Under the pieces are notes generated by a model that was not told the origin of the DNA, did not search any database, and worked only from the letters and a program-made list of their open reading frames with translations. Made by a program: the position numbers and the translations under genes. DNA of 64,000 nucleotides from Spirochaetia bacterium (GTDB taxonomy: Bacteria > Spirochaetota > Spirochaetia > CADAEX01). This document shows, piece after piece, positions 1-9,779 of the stretch; within the stretch, counting starts at the first letter, position 1, and the number at the start of each line of letters is the position of its first letter. Where the stretch lies: NCBI GenBank assembly GCA_963662795.1, contig OY759746.1, forward strand, positions 3,136,001 to 3,200,000, in the 5' to 3' direction.

Positions 1-8
1 ATCTCTGG

Positions 9-632
9 ATGACAGCAGGGCTTGCGCTGACAGGTGTTGTCTCTTTATGGATGCTCTCAAATCCTGCAAGGATTGTATCGCTTATGCAGTCAGGCATGTT
101 CTGGGCGCTGTTTATCGGGGAGTTCGCGCTTGTTTTCTTTATGTCGGCACGGATCATGAGTATGAGTCCCCAGACTGCAACCCTGTCTTTTGCGGCATAT
201 TCTTTTTTAAACGGAGTAACACTGTCAACCCTGTTTCTTATTTACACAAGGGCAAGCCTCGCCTCAACCTTTTTTATAACATCAGCAACCTTTGCCGGTA
301 TGAGTTTATATGCTGCGACAACGAAGAAGGATTTATCCGGCTATGGACATTACCTGATAATGGGTGTGTGGGGACTTCTGATTGCTTCTGTCGTAAATAT
401 TTTCCTTAAAAGTTCAGGCATGTATTATCTTATATCCTATGCCGGTGTACTTATTTTCTGCGGACTTACAGCTTATGATACGCAGGCGATTCTAAGAATG
501 AGCAGAACATACTCAGGCTCGGTTTCTGAAGATGATTATGTTAGATTTTCAGTTATCGGAGCGCTTAAACTTTATCTTGATTTTATCAATATGTTTATCT
601 TTTTTCTCAGAATTATGGGCAGAAGAAATTAA
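9..632 (+). CDS. Bax inhibitor-1/YccA family membrane protein (5' end probably truncated by the window edge)
   Basis: Seven hydrophobic segments, YDTQ and ALKLYLDFINMF motifs; frame is open upstream of the Met (L-W-M-T-A-G-L). Confidence 0.9.
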   Translation: MTAGLALTGVVSLWMLSNPARIVSLMQSGMFWALFIGEFALVFFMSARIMSMSPQTATLSFAAYSFLNGVTLSTLFLIYTRASLASTFFITSATFAGMSLYAATTKKDLSGYGHYLIMGVWGLLIASVVNIFLKSSGMYYLISYAGVLIFCGLTAYDTQAILRMSRTYSGSVSEDDYVRFSVIGALKLYLDFINMFIFFLRIMGRRN

Positions 633-662
633 CATACCGCTTGTGATGAATTGAAAAAAAAT

Positions 663-699
663 GAGGGGCTCTCCTTTGGTTAAAGGCGCCCCTTTTTTT
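663..699 (+). terminator. Probable intrinsic terminator
   Basis: GAGGGGC...GCCCCTT stem followed by a T run, directly after the BI-1 gene. Confidence 0.55.
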
Positions 700-760
700 A
701 AGTCCTGACCGGTTAAATCCTTTCAGGATTTAACAGCCTGAAATGAAATAGGGTGATTTG

Positions 761-1303
761 ATGAGAATAACAGGCGGGAAATACTGCAGCAGACAGATCA
801 GGTGTCCCAAAGGGGTTATCCGCCCGGCAATGGACAGGATGAGGGAGTCGATGTTCTCCATACTCGGAAATATTGATGACTTGAGTTTTCTTGATCTTTT
901 CTGCGGATCCGGGATAGTCGGACTTGAAGCTGCATCCCGCGGTGCGGATCCTGTTTATTTTGTGGAAATGGACAGGATAAAGAAGAATGTTCTGCATGAA
1001 AATGTTATGATTGCGGAAAATACGGAAACAAAAATATTTATTATGCCTGCAGAGAGGTTTATCTCCGCTTCGAAAGAAAAATTTGATCTTGTTTTTCTCG
1101 ACCCGCCGTTTCCATTAAAAAACAAGATCAAACTTGTGGAACTTGCCTGTGAAAAAGATATACTGAATGAAAACGGTCTGTTAATGATCCACCATCCTTC
1201 AGAAGAAAAATGGCCGGAAGGTATAGGTAATCTTCTGCTTGATGACAGGAGAAAATACGGAAGGTCAATACTGTTGTTTTATAAAAAAAAAGCAGCTTTC
1301 TGA
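761..1303 (+). CDS. rsmD: 16S rRNA (guanine966-N2)-methyltransferase
   Basis: MRITGG start, RP..DRMRES, LDLFCGSG SAM-binding motif, FLDPPF. Confidence 0.92.
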   Translation: MRITGGKYCSRQIRCPKGVIRPAMDRMRESMFSILGNIDDLSFLDLFCGSGIVGLEAASRGADPVYFVEMDRIKKNVLHENVMIAENTETKIFIMPAERFISASKEKFDLVFLDPPFPLKNKIKLVELACEKDILNENGLLMIHHPSEEKWPEGIGNLLLDDRRKYGRSILLFYKKKAAF

Positions 1304-1309
1304 CCTTGT

Positions 1310-1699
1310 TCAGGTGTTGTGCATTATATAATTGACAATTATCATATCAGATTTTGGAAAACTCATTTCAGTAAGTTCCTCTTTTTCTACCCAGGCTGTA
1401 TCGGTATGTTCGTTGAGGACAAAATTGTCAGACAGGATATCTATGCTGAAAGCAAGCAGCTTGTAAATTATTGAATTATTGGTAAAAAGTCCGCAGCAGA
1501 TTTCTTCCCCGACTTTGATTCTAACATTGAATTCTTCCAGAAATTCCCTCATCAGTGCGGATTGGGGATCTTCCCCATTTTTCGCTTTTCCTCCGGGGAA
1601 CTCCCATAATTCACCGATGGAATTGCCTGGTTTCCTTTTGGCGATGAAATATTTGTTTCCCCGTTTTGCGACACCTGCAGTCGAAATGGAATATATCAT
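1310..1699 (-). CDS. NUDIX hydrolase, MutT-like
   Basis: WEFPGGK...ALMREFLEE Nudix box. Confidence 0.88.
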   Translation of the reverse strand: MIYSISTAGVAKRGNKYFIAKRKPGNSIGELWEFPGGKAKNGEDPQSALMREFLEEFNVRIKVGEEICCGLFTNNSIIYKLLAFSIDILSDNFVLNEHTDTAWVEKEELTEMSFPKSDMIIVNYIMHNT

Positions 1700-1709
1700 T
1701 GTTCAGGAA

Positions 1710-2120
1710 TTATATGAAAAGTACATCGGGAAAGAAAAAATGCAGTATTGATATCACAATAATTGTAATACCCAATAATGATTTATATTCCTCGATAAAA
1801 ATATTTATTTTCTCTATATGAGGTTCCGAAACACCCTTTTTTTCGACAAAGTATGCATTAAAGAGATATATTGAAATTGTAATGCTTGCCAGCGCCGGGA
1901 GAATATCCCCTACAACATAAACATCGCCGTCAAATACACTTATAATTTTAAAAATTCCGGCAACAGCGGAGAGGATAGCAAAAAAAAGCATATATGAGGA
2001 ATTTTTGAAAAATTCCTGAAGAGATTCGAAACCTGGAAACTGTCTGTTGATTGTATCTCCTGCAAGCAGTAACCCGCCGATAAAGTTTACAAAAATTGAT
2101 AAAAAGTAAAACTGAACCAT
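1710..2120 (-). CDS. Hypothetical membrane protein (4 TM)
   Basis: Hydrophobic ORF with AAGGAG RBS, co-directional with its neighbours. Confidence 0.75.
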   Translation of the reverse strand: MVQFYFLSIFVNFIGGLLLAGDTINRQFPGFESLQEFFKNSSYMLFFAILSAVAGIFKIISVFDGDVYVVGDILPALASITISIYLFNAYFVEKKGVSEPHIEKINIFIEEYKSLLGITIIVISILHFFFPDVLFI

Positions 2121-2170
2121 TTATAATACTCCTTGTTAGATAATATCTGAAACTGTAAAGGCCGTCAATT

Positions 2171-2719
2171 TTATTTTTCCCTCTTTAAATTGTATTTCAA
2201 TTTAACGCTGGTATTTTCAAATTTCACTGTTGCGTATGCGGTCGGGGTCGCCGGTTTACCAGTGCCTTCAGGGTCAAGCGGGATTGATGCCCTGATTGTA
2301 ACCTCCCTGTTTATAACATCAGGCAGATAATCGAAATTCTTTTTATAATAATCATCATTTCCGGTAACAGTGATTGTCGCTTCAAAAGGTTTCGGCTCGG
2401 TTTTCAGGGTCAGGAGAGGGGAGTCCATTTTCTTTGTAATAGTAAGGGTTATAAGGGCTTTATCATCGAAAATATATCCTTTCAGAATCAGGCTGTAGTT
2501 GTTTGTCGCGTAGGTGTTTGACGTAAGCCTGCTGTATATAAAAAAACCGGCTGACAGGAGACATATAATAACAATATCAGCAAATAAAATCACCATTGAT
2601 TTGTTACGGAAAAATCCCCTTTTTCCGGATTTAAGCTTAAGCAGAGCTTCAGGCATCATTGCAAGTCTTTCATTTCTGTCGTAGTGCCGTTCTATCTGCT
2701 CTTTACCATTGTTTTCCAT
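2171..2719 (-). CDS. Hypothetical single-pass membrane protein
   Basis: 182-aa ORF with one TM segment, 2 bp from the nnr stop. Confidence 0.7.
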   Translation of the reverse strand: MENNGKEQIERHYDRNERLAMMPEALLKLKSGKRGFFRNKSMVILFADIVIICLLSAGFFIYSRLTSNTYATNNYSLILKGYIFDDKALITLTITKKMDSPLLTLKTEPKPFEATITVTGNDDYYKKNFDYLPDVINREVTIRASIPLDPEGTGKPATPTAYATVKFENTSVKLKYNLKREK

Positions 2720-2721
2720 AT

Positions 2722-4224
2722 TTAAGCCTGCTTTATTTCTTTTATGACAAGGGATATAAAATCCAGTAATTCCTCTGAAGCGAAGTACCCTTTTTCATTA
2801 TAGCATTTTTTCCCTGCTTCGCTGTGAATTATTACGCCTGATACAGCAGCTTTTTCCGGATGCAGACCGTAAGCCAGCAGCCCTCCTATAATTCCCGCAA
2901 GAATATCCCCGCTTCCTGCAGTTGCAAGTGCCGGATTCATGCTGTCAAGAATCATGATTTTTCCGCCTGGCGTGCATATCCATGTAACATGTGATTTAAG
3001 AACAACAGTGATACCTGTTTTGATGCAGAAAGATTTTAAATAAGGAGCTGGATTATCCATTATATCATCAACAGGAACCTTGACAAGGGTGGCAAATTCT
3101 CCCGGATGCGGCGTAATTATGCAGTTTTTGTTGTTAAATTGATCTTTTAATGATGACAGCAGTGAAATGCCGTCCGCGTCAATCACTAAAGGTTTGTCTG
3201 TTTCCAGAAGCAGCTTTTCTAGCAGAGCTCTTTTCTCTTTTTCAAATCCCCATCCTGGTCCTGCTATAAATGCATCATAGGTTTTTAAAAGCTCTTTAAA
3301 GGGTTTTTCCGGCGGAAATGAATCAAGCATCACAGAGGTAACTGAACTGATAAGGGAACTGTATATTTCTTTATCGGTATACAGAGTCACAAGCCCTGCA
3401 AGACTTTTAAGAGCGGCTCGTGATGACAGCACCCCGGCTCCGCTTTTCCCCCTGCTTCCGGCGAAAACCGCTGCATGGCCGCGTGAATTCTTGTAGCTCC
3501 AGTGCGGAGGAAGGCTTATATAGCGGTTTGCCATATCTTTTTCAATAAGTATGCAGGAAGGATTTTCAATTGAAAGAACAGAAGGGGGAAAAGCGGCATC
3601 GGTAATAATAATTCTGCCGCACCTTTTTCTTGCCGAAGGATAGTAGAGGGAAGTTTTCGGAAGACCGATTGTGATGGTAAGATCAGCGTTTACGGATTTA
3701 AAGCTGTTTTTAAAATTATCTCCGATTCCGGAAGGTATATCTATCGAGCAGATAAATGAACCTGTACTGTTGATTTCATCACACAGCTCAGCTTCTCTTT
3801 CCCTGAGCGGCCCTTTGAGGCCTGTTCCTGCTATTCCGTCTACAATAACCAGGGATTTTTTCAACTCTTCAAGCGATTCTTTTTTCTTTTTTTTCCAGTC
3901 AAGAATCTTTATTCCCAGGTTCCTGCAAAGTTCAAAATTGATTTTGGCATGTCCTTCTTTATAAGCGCTTCCGGTAGTTATTATAGACCCTTTATTGCCT
4001 CTGATGAAATGGTGCCGCGCCATGACAAGGGCGTCTCCTCCATTATTGCCGCTTCCGCAAACAAAGACAGTATTTTTGTTTTCGTAATGGGATAAAGTTT
4101 TTTCTTCAAGAATCCTCAGGGAATTTAATCCCGCGTTTTCCATCAGAAGAATTCCAGGATAGGCAAAATTATCCCTTGCTTTTTTATCTATTGCAGCCAT
4201 TGTATCAGAATCTACTATAATCAT
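2722..4224 (-). CDS. nnr: Bifunctional NAD(P)H-hydrate epimerase/dehydratase (YjeF)
   Basis: LMENAG, GSGNNGGD, DIPSG, GPG, VIDADG, ITPHPGEF, ATAGSGD motifs. Confidence 0.93.
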   Translation of the reverse strand: MIIVDSDTMAAIDKKARDNFAYPGILLMENAGLNSLRILEEKTLSHYENKNTVFVCGSGNNGGDALVMARHHFIRGNKGSIITTGSAYKEGHAKINFELCRNLGIKILDWKKKKKESLEELKKSLVIVDGIAGTGLKGPLREREAELCDEINSTGSFICSIDIPSGIGDNFKNSFKSVNADLTITIGLPKTSLYYPSARKRCGRIIITDAAFPPSVLSIENPSCILIEKDMANRYISLPPHWSYKNSRGHAAVFAGSRGKSGAGVLSSRAALKSLAGLVTLYTDKEIYSSLISSVTSVMLDSFPPEKPFKELLKTYDAFIAGPGWGFEKEKRALLEKLLLETDKPLVIDADGISLLSSLKDQFNNKNCIITPHPGEFATLVKVPVDDIMDNPAPYLKSFCIKTGITVVLKSHVTWICTPGGKIMILDSMNPALATAGSGDILAGIIGGLLAYGLHPEKAAVSGVIIHSEAGKKCYNEKGYFASEELLDFISLVIKEIKQA

Positions 4225-4239
4225 ATTCTCCCCAAGTTG

Positions 4240-5448
4240 TTACTTTTCCTGGAGCATTGAGTCTGTCCTCCACCAGGCAATTGTTGTTTCATTCTTTCCT
4301 GCCATAAGAGCTGTAAGGATACCTTCGTTGCTTAAATTCATGTCTATATGAAAGTATGACTCAAAATCGATATTAATTTTTGCCTGATCAATTACTTTTC
4401 CGTCTGTATCAAGTACAAGAACCTGCATCGCGTTATTGTTGAGAAAAGAAGAAAGAATAATATATTTATTATTTACAATATCAAGGAAGTTGTAGAGAAC
4501 CTGCAGCCGCTTCTCCATGAAATTTCCCTTGATATCAGGGGCAGTAAAGGCATCTGGAAGCTCTATCATATTAACATACTTGCCTGTATCAACATCCAGA
4601 ATATTTATGTAGGACTTATAGAAATCAATATCTGTTTTTGTGTCCGAAATTTCGCTGCTCACCTGTTTATAGTAATCTGTTTTTATAAATAAAAAATGGC
4701 CCTTATCAGGCGCCTTTATTGTACTGACTGATGGAAACAGATTTTTTTCTCCTTCAGGAAAAGGTACTGTATTTTCATCTATTTCAATCCGGAAGAGCAG
4801 GTTGCCGTTATTATCAAACCAGAATACAATGTGCTTTATCCCCGGCCGTGTTATCGCGATAATGTCATTGCTGTCGTTTGTAATAATGTTTTTAATAAAC
4901 GGAAACGGTATACCTCCTTTCCCGTCCTGTCCAATGGAATCGATAAAATTGGAATTGTTATCATACCTGTATATGATGTTGGAAAGCATTGCCCCTGTCT
5001 CCTCATCATATTCATGTCTTTCCTGGGGCAGAACATCGCTTACATAAATGTATTGTCTTTTATCAACTGCGAACTCTTCAATACTGTTGAAAGGGAAAAA
5101 AACAGCCTTTCGGTTTACTTTTTCATTATCAGAAACATTATCATCGACTATTACAGGTGATGAAATAGTTTCCCTGTTCCCAAGAACAGTAAGAATGTCT
5201 CCGAAAGATGTAAATTTCATTATTTTTTTCAGATTGCCGTTCATGATATAGACTATACCGTTTGCCATTTTTATAATTGCGGGAAACGGAACTGTAATGG
5301 AACTGTTATAGGACATGTCAAGCTGGTCTTCCATTTTACCGTAGTTGAGAGTGAAAAGCACTTCTTTTTTAAGAAGTGAAGACTCTCCGTCATTGCATGA
5401 ACTGAAAAGTATTAACAGGCTGATGCATAAAAAAAAATATCTTTTCAT
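4240..5448 (-). CDS. Spirochaetal lipoprotein, LIC_12708-like (beta-propeller-like)
   Basis: Signal peptide with lipobox LFSSC from the ATG at 5448; LFTLNYGKMEDQLD and IGQDGKGGIPFP segments; divergent from secA. Confidence 0.65.
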   Translation of the reverse strand: MKRYFFLCISLLILFSSCNDGESSLLKKEVLFTLNYGKMEDQLDMSYNSSITVPFPAIIKMANGIVYIMNGNLKKIMKFTSFGDILTVLGNRETISSPVIVDDNVSDNEKVNRKAVFFPFNSIEEFAVDKRQYIYVSDVLPQERHEYDEETGAMLSNIIYRYDNNSNFIDSIGQDGKGGIPFPFIKNIITNDSNDIIAITRPGIKHIVFWFDNNGNLLFRIEIDENTVPFPEGEKNLFPSVSTIKAPDKGHFLFIKTDYYKQVSSEISDTKTDIDFYKSYINILDVDTGKYVNMIELPDAFTAPDIKGNFMEKRLQVLYNFLDIVNNKYIILSSFLNNNAMQVLVLDTDGKVIDQAKINIDFESYFHIDMNLSNEGILTALMAGKNETTIAWWRTDSMLQEK

Positions 5449-5596
5449 TTGCCGAAATGATACTATCTGCAATATTTAATGTCAATCTTGACTTCAGATT
5501 AAAAAAAAGAATGGTTTTTATGGAAAAGATATTACAATTAACAGTCAAAATCTGTTATATTTTTCTGGTAAAAATCACAGGAGCATCGTTTTCATA

Positions 5597-8317
5597 ATGG
5601 TAAATAAAATAATTGAAACTGTATTTGGATCGAAGCACGAAAAAGATCTGAAAGAACTTCTCCCAATACTCCATAGGGTTAATGAAAAAGAAAAATGGGC
5701 AATGGGTCTTAAAGATGAAGAACTTAGAAATCAGACTGCACTGTTCCGGAACAGGTTGAAAAACAACGAAAGTCTTGATGATTTACTTCCTGAAGCTTTT
5801 TCTGTTGTAAGGGAATCGGCGCGCAGGGCACTTGGTGAGCGCCCTTATGATGTTCAGATTCTTGGCGGTATAGTCCTTCATCAGGGAAAAATTACAGAGA
5901 TGAAAACAGGTGAGGGGAAAACCCTCTCAAGCGTAACTGCAGCCTATCTTAATGCGCTTACAGGACGGGGCGTCCATATTGTAACTGTAAATGATTATCT
6001 GGCAGAGAGGGACGCTTTATGGATGAAGCCTGTTTATGATATGCTTGATATCTCTGTCGGCTTTATAGTTTCAAACATGGACAATGATGCCAGAAAAATT
6101 GCGTATTCCTGCGATATTACATACGGCACAAATAATGAACTGGGGTTTGACTATCTCCGTGACAATATGCGGTGGAACAGCGAAGAAAAGGTTCTCAGAT
6201 ATCACAATTACTGTATCATAGATGAAATAGACTCTATTCTTATTGATGAAGCCCGTACACCCCTTATAATCTCCGGAGCGGCTGAAGATGATACCCGTAA
6301 ATTCTACGAAGTAAACAACCTCGTAGGCCTTCTTGCTGAATGCGAAAAAGACGTGAATACAGGAGAATATCCTGAGGAAAATCCTGCCGGCGACTACAAG
6401 ATTGATGAGAAAGGGAAGAGAATAACCTTTACGGAAGATGGAATAAACAGTGTTGAACGGCTTCTTATTAAAAACGGTATTATTAAGGAATCGCTCTATA
6501 ACGAAGATAACTTTGAATATATCCACTACATTACTCAGGCTCTTAAAGCCCATAAACTTTTCCATAAAGATGTTGACTATGTTGTCCAGAACGGAATTGT
6601 ACAGATTGTTGATGAATTTACAGGCCGTATCCTTGCCGGCAGAAGATATTCCGAAGGGCTGCATCAGGCCATAGAAGCAAAGGAAAAAATCAAGGTTGCC
6701 CAGAGGAATAAAACCCTCGCGACTATTACATTCCAGAATTTTTTCAGGATGTATGACAAAATATCAGGCATGACAGGAACAGCTGATACAGAGGCGAGGG
6801 AGTTCTCCCGGATCTATAACCTTGATGTTGTTGTAATTCCCACAAACAGGCCCATCAACAGGGATGATCAGGATGATGAGATTTACCTGAACGAGAAATG
6901 CAAATTTGACGCAATCTGCGGGGAGATTGAAGCTGCGCATAAAAAAGGGCAGCCGATTCTTGTGGGAACTGTTTCAATTGAAAAGTCGGAACTTCTTTCA
7001 AAACTTCTTACACACAGGGGTATCCGTCACGAGGTGCTCAATGCGAAAAACCATGCACGGGAAGCAATGATAATAGCCGAAGCGGGCGCTAAAGGATCTG
7101 TGACGATAGCGACAAACATGGCAGGCCGGGGAACAGATATAAAACTTGGCGGCAATCCGGAATTCAGGGCAAGAAAAGCCGCCGGTACAGAAGCTGAAGA
7201 GGAAGAATTCAGAAAAGCATACAGAAAAGAATATGAGAAGTGGCTTTCCGATTATGAAGAGGTCAAAACCGCGGGCGGGCTCTTTGTATTAGGCACAGAA
7301 CGGCATGAATCACGGCGTATAGACAACCAGCTGAGGGGAAGATCGGGGAGGCAGGGAGACCCAGGACGGTCTAAATTTTATATATCGCTTGATGATACCC
7401 TTATGAGGCTTTTCGGCGGCGAAAATATGAAATCTCTCATGTCAAAAGCAGGGATGAAGAATGATGAACCTATTCATCACCCCTGGATAAGCAAATCCAT
7501 CGAAAAAGCGCAGAAACGGGTTGAAGAGCGCAACTATGAAATAAGAAAACATCTCCTTGAATATGACGATGTCCTTAATGAACACAGAAAATTTATCTAT
7601 AACCAGAGAGACGCAATTCTGGAAGAGAATAACTTAAGCGAAAGGATTATATCGATCGCGGAAGAATGTATTGATGATATTCTCCTTGAAACAGAAAAAA
7701 CCCATAATACCAACAGCTTTTTTCTGGATAAAATCCAGGAAGTGCTTTTTTACAAACCCCAGGTTTCAGAGGATTCAATCAATAATATGCCTGCGGGTGA
7801 ATTAAAAGATTACATCGTAAGGCAGATAGCCGCTGAAACTTATGAGAAAGAAACCCAGGTTGGAAAGGAAAATTTTAACTATTTTATCAGGATTGAATAT
7901 ATGCGCCATATTGATACGAAATGGCAGGAGCATCTTGAGAACCTTGAAGAGCTGAGGGAAGCGGTTTACTTAAGAACCTATGGGCAAAAGAACCCGCTGC
8001 TTGAATACAAACTGGAAGGATTTGAAATATTTGACAAACTTATTTCTGACATAAGACTAATGCTTACGCGAAAAGTACTTAATGTAAGAATAAGAATAGA
8101 CAGTGATAAACCAAAAAACATGCCGCGCGAGACGGTACAGGCATCACATAATGCGATGGGACAGTTCTCCGGGGGTGCCCAGACTGCGGGGGCTTCTTCC
8201 CAGGGACACGGAATGCCGGATAACGTTCAAGTTAAAAGGACTGTGCCCAAGGTTGGACGAAACGATATGTGCCCCTGCGGAAGCGGAAAAAAATACAAAC
8301 ACTGCCATGGCAGCTGA
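5597..8317 (+). CDS. secA: Preprotein translocase ATPase SecA
   Basis: [35 protein letters not shown]-terminal [18 protein letters not shown]. Confidence 0.99.
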   Translation: MVNKIIETVFGSKHEKDLKELLPILHRVNEKEKWAMGLKDEELRNQTALFRNRLKNNESLDDLLPEAFSVVRESARRALGERPYDVQILGGIVLHQGKITEMKTGEGKTLSSVTAAYLNALTGRGVHIVTVNDYLAERDALWMKPVYDMLDISVGFIVSNMDNDARKIAYSCDITYGTNNELGFDYLRDNMRWNSEEKVLRYHNYCIIDEIDSILIDEARTPLIISGAAEDDTRKFYEVNNLVGLLAECEKDVNTGEYPEENPAGDYKIDEKGKRITFTEDGINSVERLLIKNGIIKESLYNEDNFEYIHYITQALKAHKLFHKDVDYVVQNGIVQIVDEFTGRILAGRRYSEGLHQAIEAKEKIKVAQRNKTLATITFQNFFRMYDKISGMTGTADTEAREFSRIYNLDVVVIPTNRPINRDDQDDEIYLNEKCKFDAICGEIEAAHKKGQPILVGTVSIEKSELLSKLLTHRGIRHEVLNAKNHAREAMIIAEAGAKGSVTIATNMAGRGTDIKLGGNPEFRARKAAGTEAEEEEFRKAYRKEYEKWLSDYEEVKTAGGLFVLGTERHESRRIDNQLRGRSGRQGDPGRSKFYISLDDTLMRLFGGENMKSLMSKAGMKNDEPIHHPWISKSIEKAQKRVEERNYEIRKHLLEYDDVLNEHRKFIYNQRDAILEENNLSERIISIAEECIDDILLETEKTHNTNSFFLDKIQEVLFYKPQVSEDSINNMPAGELKDYIVRQIAAETYEKETQVGKENFNYFIRIEYMRHIDTKWQEHLENLEELREAVYLRTYGQKNPLLEYKLEGFEIFDKLISDIRLMLTRKVLNVRIRIDSDKPKNMPRETVQASHNAMGQFSGGAQTAGASSQGHGMPDNVQVKRTVPKVGRNDMCPCGSGKKYKHCHGS

Positions 8318-8356
8318 AAACCCGGATTATTACCGCCTCTGCCGGCAATGCTGAAT

Positions 8357-9727
8357 CTACCTCGAAGCTGAAAGGAGAGTTGCCGGGTCTATCGGTTTCT
8401 GGTTGTGATATATGGAGAAGTGGAGGTGGGGGCCGGTGCTTCTGCCTGTATTTCCAAGCTCTCCAATAATCTGACCCTGCACGACACTTTCCCCTTCGCG
8501 GACCCTGTATTTATCAAGATGGGCATACAATGACTGGTAACTGTCCTGATGTTTAATAATAACGAATTTACCGTAAATTGAACTGTAGCTGCACATCAGC
8601 ACTTTACCATCAAGCGTTGCCCTTATCTTTGTCCCTGTAAAATTTGCAATATCCATTCCATAGTGCATCATTTTTCTCCCTGTAAAAGGGTCTTTTCTGT
8701 AACCGTACGGTGAAGTAAGTCTCCCGCTTACAGGGTAAATGAAAAGTTCGCCGAGCGCTTTTTTAAGATCAAAGCTGTTCATTTTAGCTCCCGGGATGAA
8801 CAGCTCCTGACCCGGTTTTATCAGATATGAATCAATATTGTTAATGTCAAGCAGAGAATTTAATTCAACATTGAATTTTGCGGCTATTGATCCAAGTGAA
8901 TCTCCCTTGGATACTTTATAGAAGAGGCCGGTTTTATCAGGAATTTTAATTGTTGTACCTGAGTTGATTTTTCTGGCATTTTTAATGTTATTGAAGCTGA
9001 TTATAGTTCCCAGATCTATTTTGTATTTGTTTGCAATTGTTGAAAGACTTTCTCCGCTTACAATCCTGTGTTCACGGATTGTAAAACCCTTCAAAAGAGA
9101 CAGGTCAACATTGCCGAAAGCTTTTGTATCTGCAGCGTCTTCTTTACTGAAAACCGCTTCCATCATTGAATCTACCCTGTTATCGCGCGGCAGATTTATT
9201 TCTGCGGGCGGTACAAATGCTGATGAAGAAATACTGGCCGTAATTATAATTCCAAAAATCAGCGCTGCCGCAAATGTATTGATAAAAACATTTCCGAAAG
9301 AGAAAAGTCTGACTATATTGCTGATGCTGTTTTTGAAAGTCCTGTTCCCTGAAGATTTATTAAATAATTTTGTTATATGATTTACAAAACGGGCAGGGAG
9401 TATCAGATACTGCCCTTTTACGGATTTTTTGAAAATTCTTTTATCTGCAGTTTTACCGGAATAGGCCAGAGGCCTGTATGAAAATTCCTTCGATTTCCTG
9501 TTTGCCGATTTTTTATTGCCTGAAAACCATGCAAAAAGCTTCAGTCCTGAGGACATTCGTCCTGAGGGCTGCCCCTTAAGCAGATCATTTAAGCTGACCT
9601 GTTTTCGTCCTGAAAGCTGTTCAGGCCTTCCTGTTAGAAGAGAAGAAGAATATTCTGTTTTTATCTTTTCCGAAGGCTTATTATGCCTTTTATTTATTTT
9701 TTGTTTGAAGCTGAGTAAATTGTCCAT
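8357..9727 (-). CDS. LysM-domain M23 peptidase (peptidoglycan endopeptidase)
   Basis: Two LysM repeats, HYGMD, YAHL and STGPHLHF motifs; start moved to the ATG at 9727 to avoid overlapping the PBP gene. Confidence 0.88.
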   Translation of the reverse strand: MDNLLSFKQKINKRHNKPSEKIKTEYSSSLLTGRPEQLSGRKQVSLNDLLKGQPSGRMSSGLKLFAWFSGNKKSANRKSKEFSYRPLAYSGKTADKRIFKKSVKGQYLILPARFVNHITKLFNKSSGNRTFKNSISNIVRLFSFGNVFINTFAAALIFGIIITASISSSAFVPPAEINLPRDNRVDSMMEAVFSKEDAADTKAFGNVDLSLLKGFTIREHRIVSGESLSTIANKYKIDLGTIISFNNIKNARKINSGTTIKIPDKTGLFYKVSKGDSLGSIAAKFNVELNSLLDINNIDSYLIKPGQELFIPGAKMNSFDLKKALGELFIYPVSGRLTSPYGYRKDPFTGRKMMHYGMDIANFTGTKIRATLDGKVLMCSYSSIYGKFVIIKHQDSYQSLYAHLDKYRVREGESVVQGQIIGELGNTGRSTGPHLHFSIYHNQKPIDPATLLSASR

Positions 9728-9779
9728 AAATCTTAATATTATATCGACATTTAGAGAGTAACATATTAATATACATTTG

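Noticed and set aside
5429-5437. A9 tract in the lipoprotein signal sequence (and T9 in recG near 56031) as phase-variation sites
   Set aside because: Short homopolymers are common in this AT-rich genome and the frames are intact
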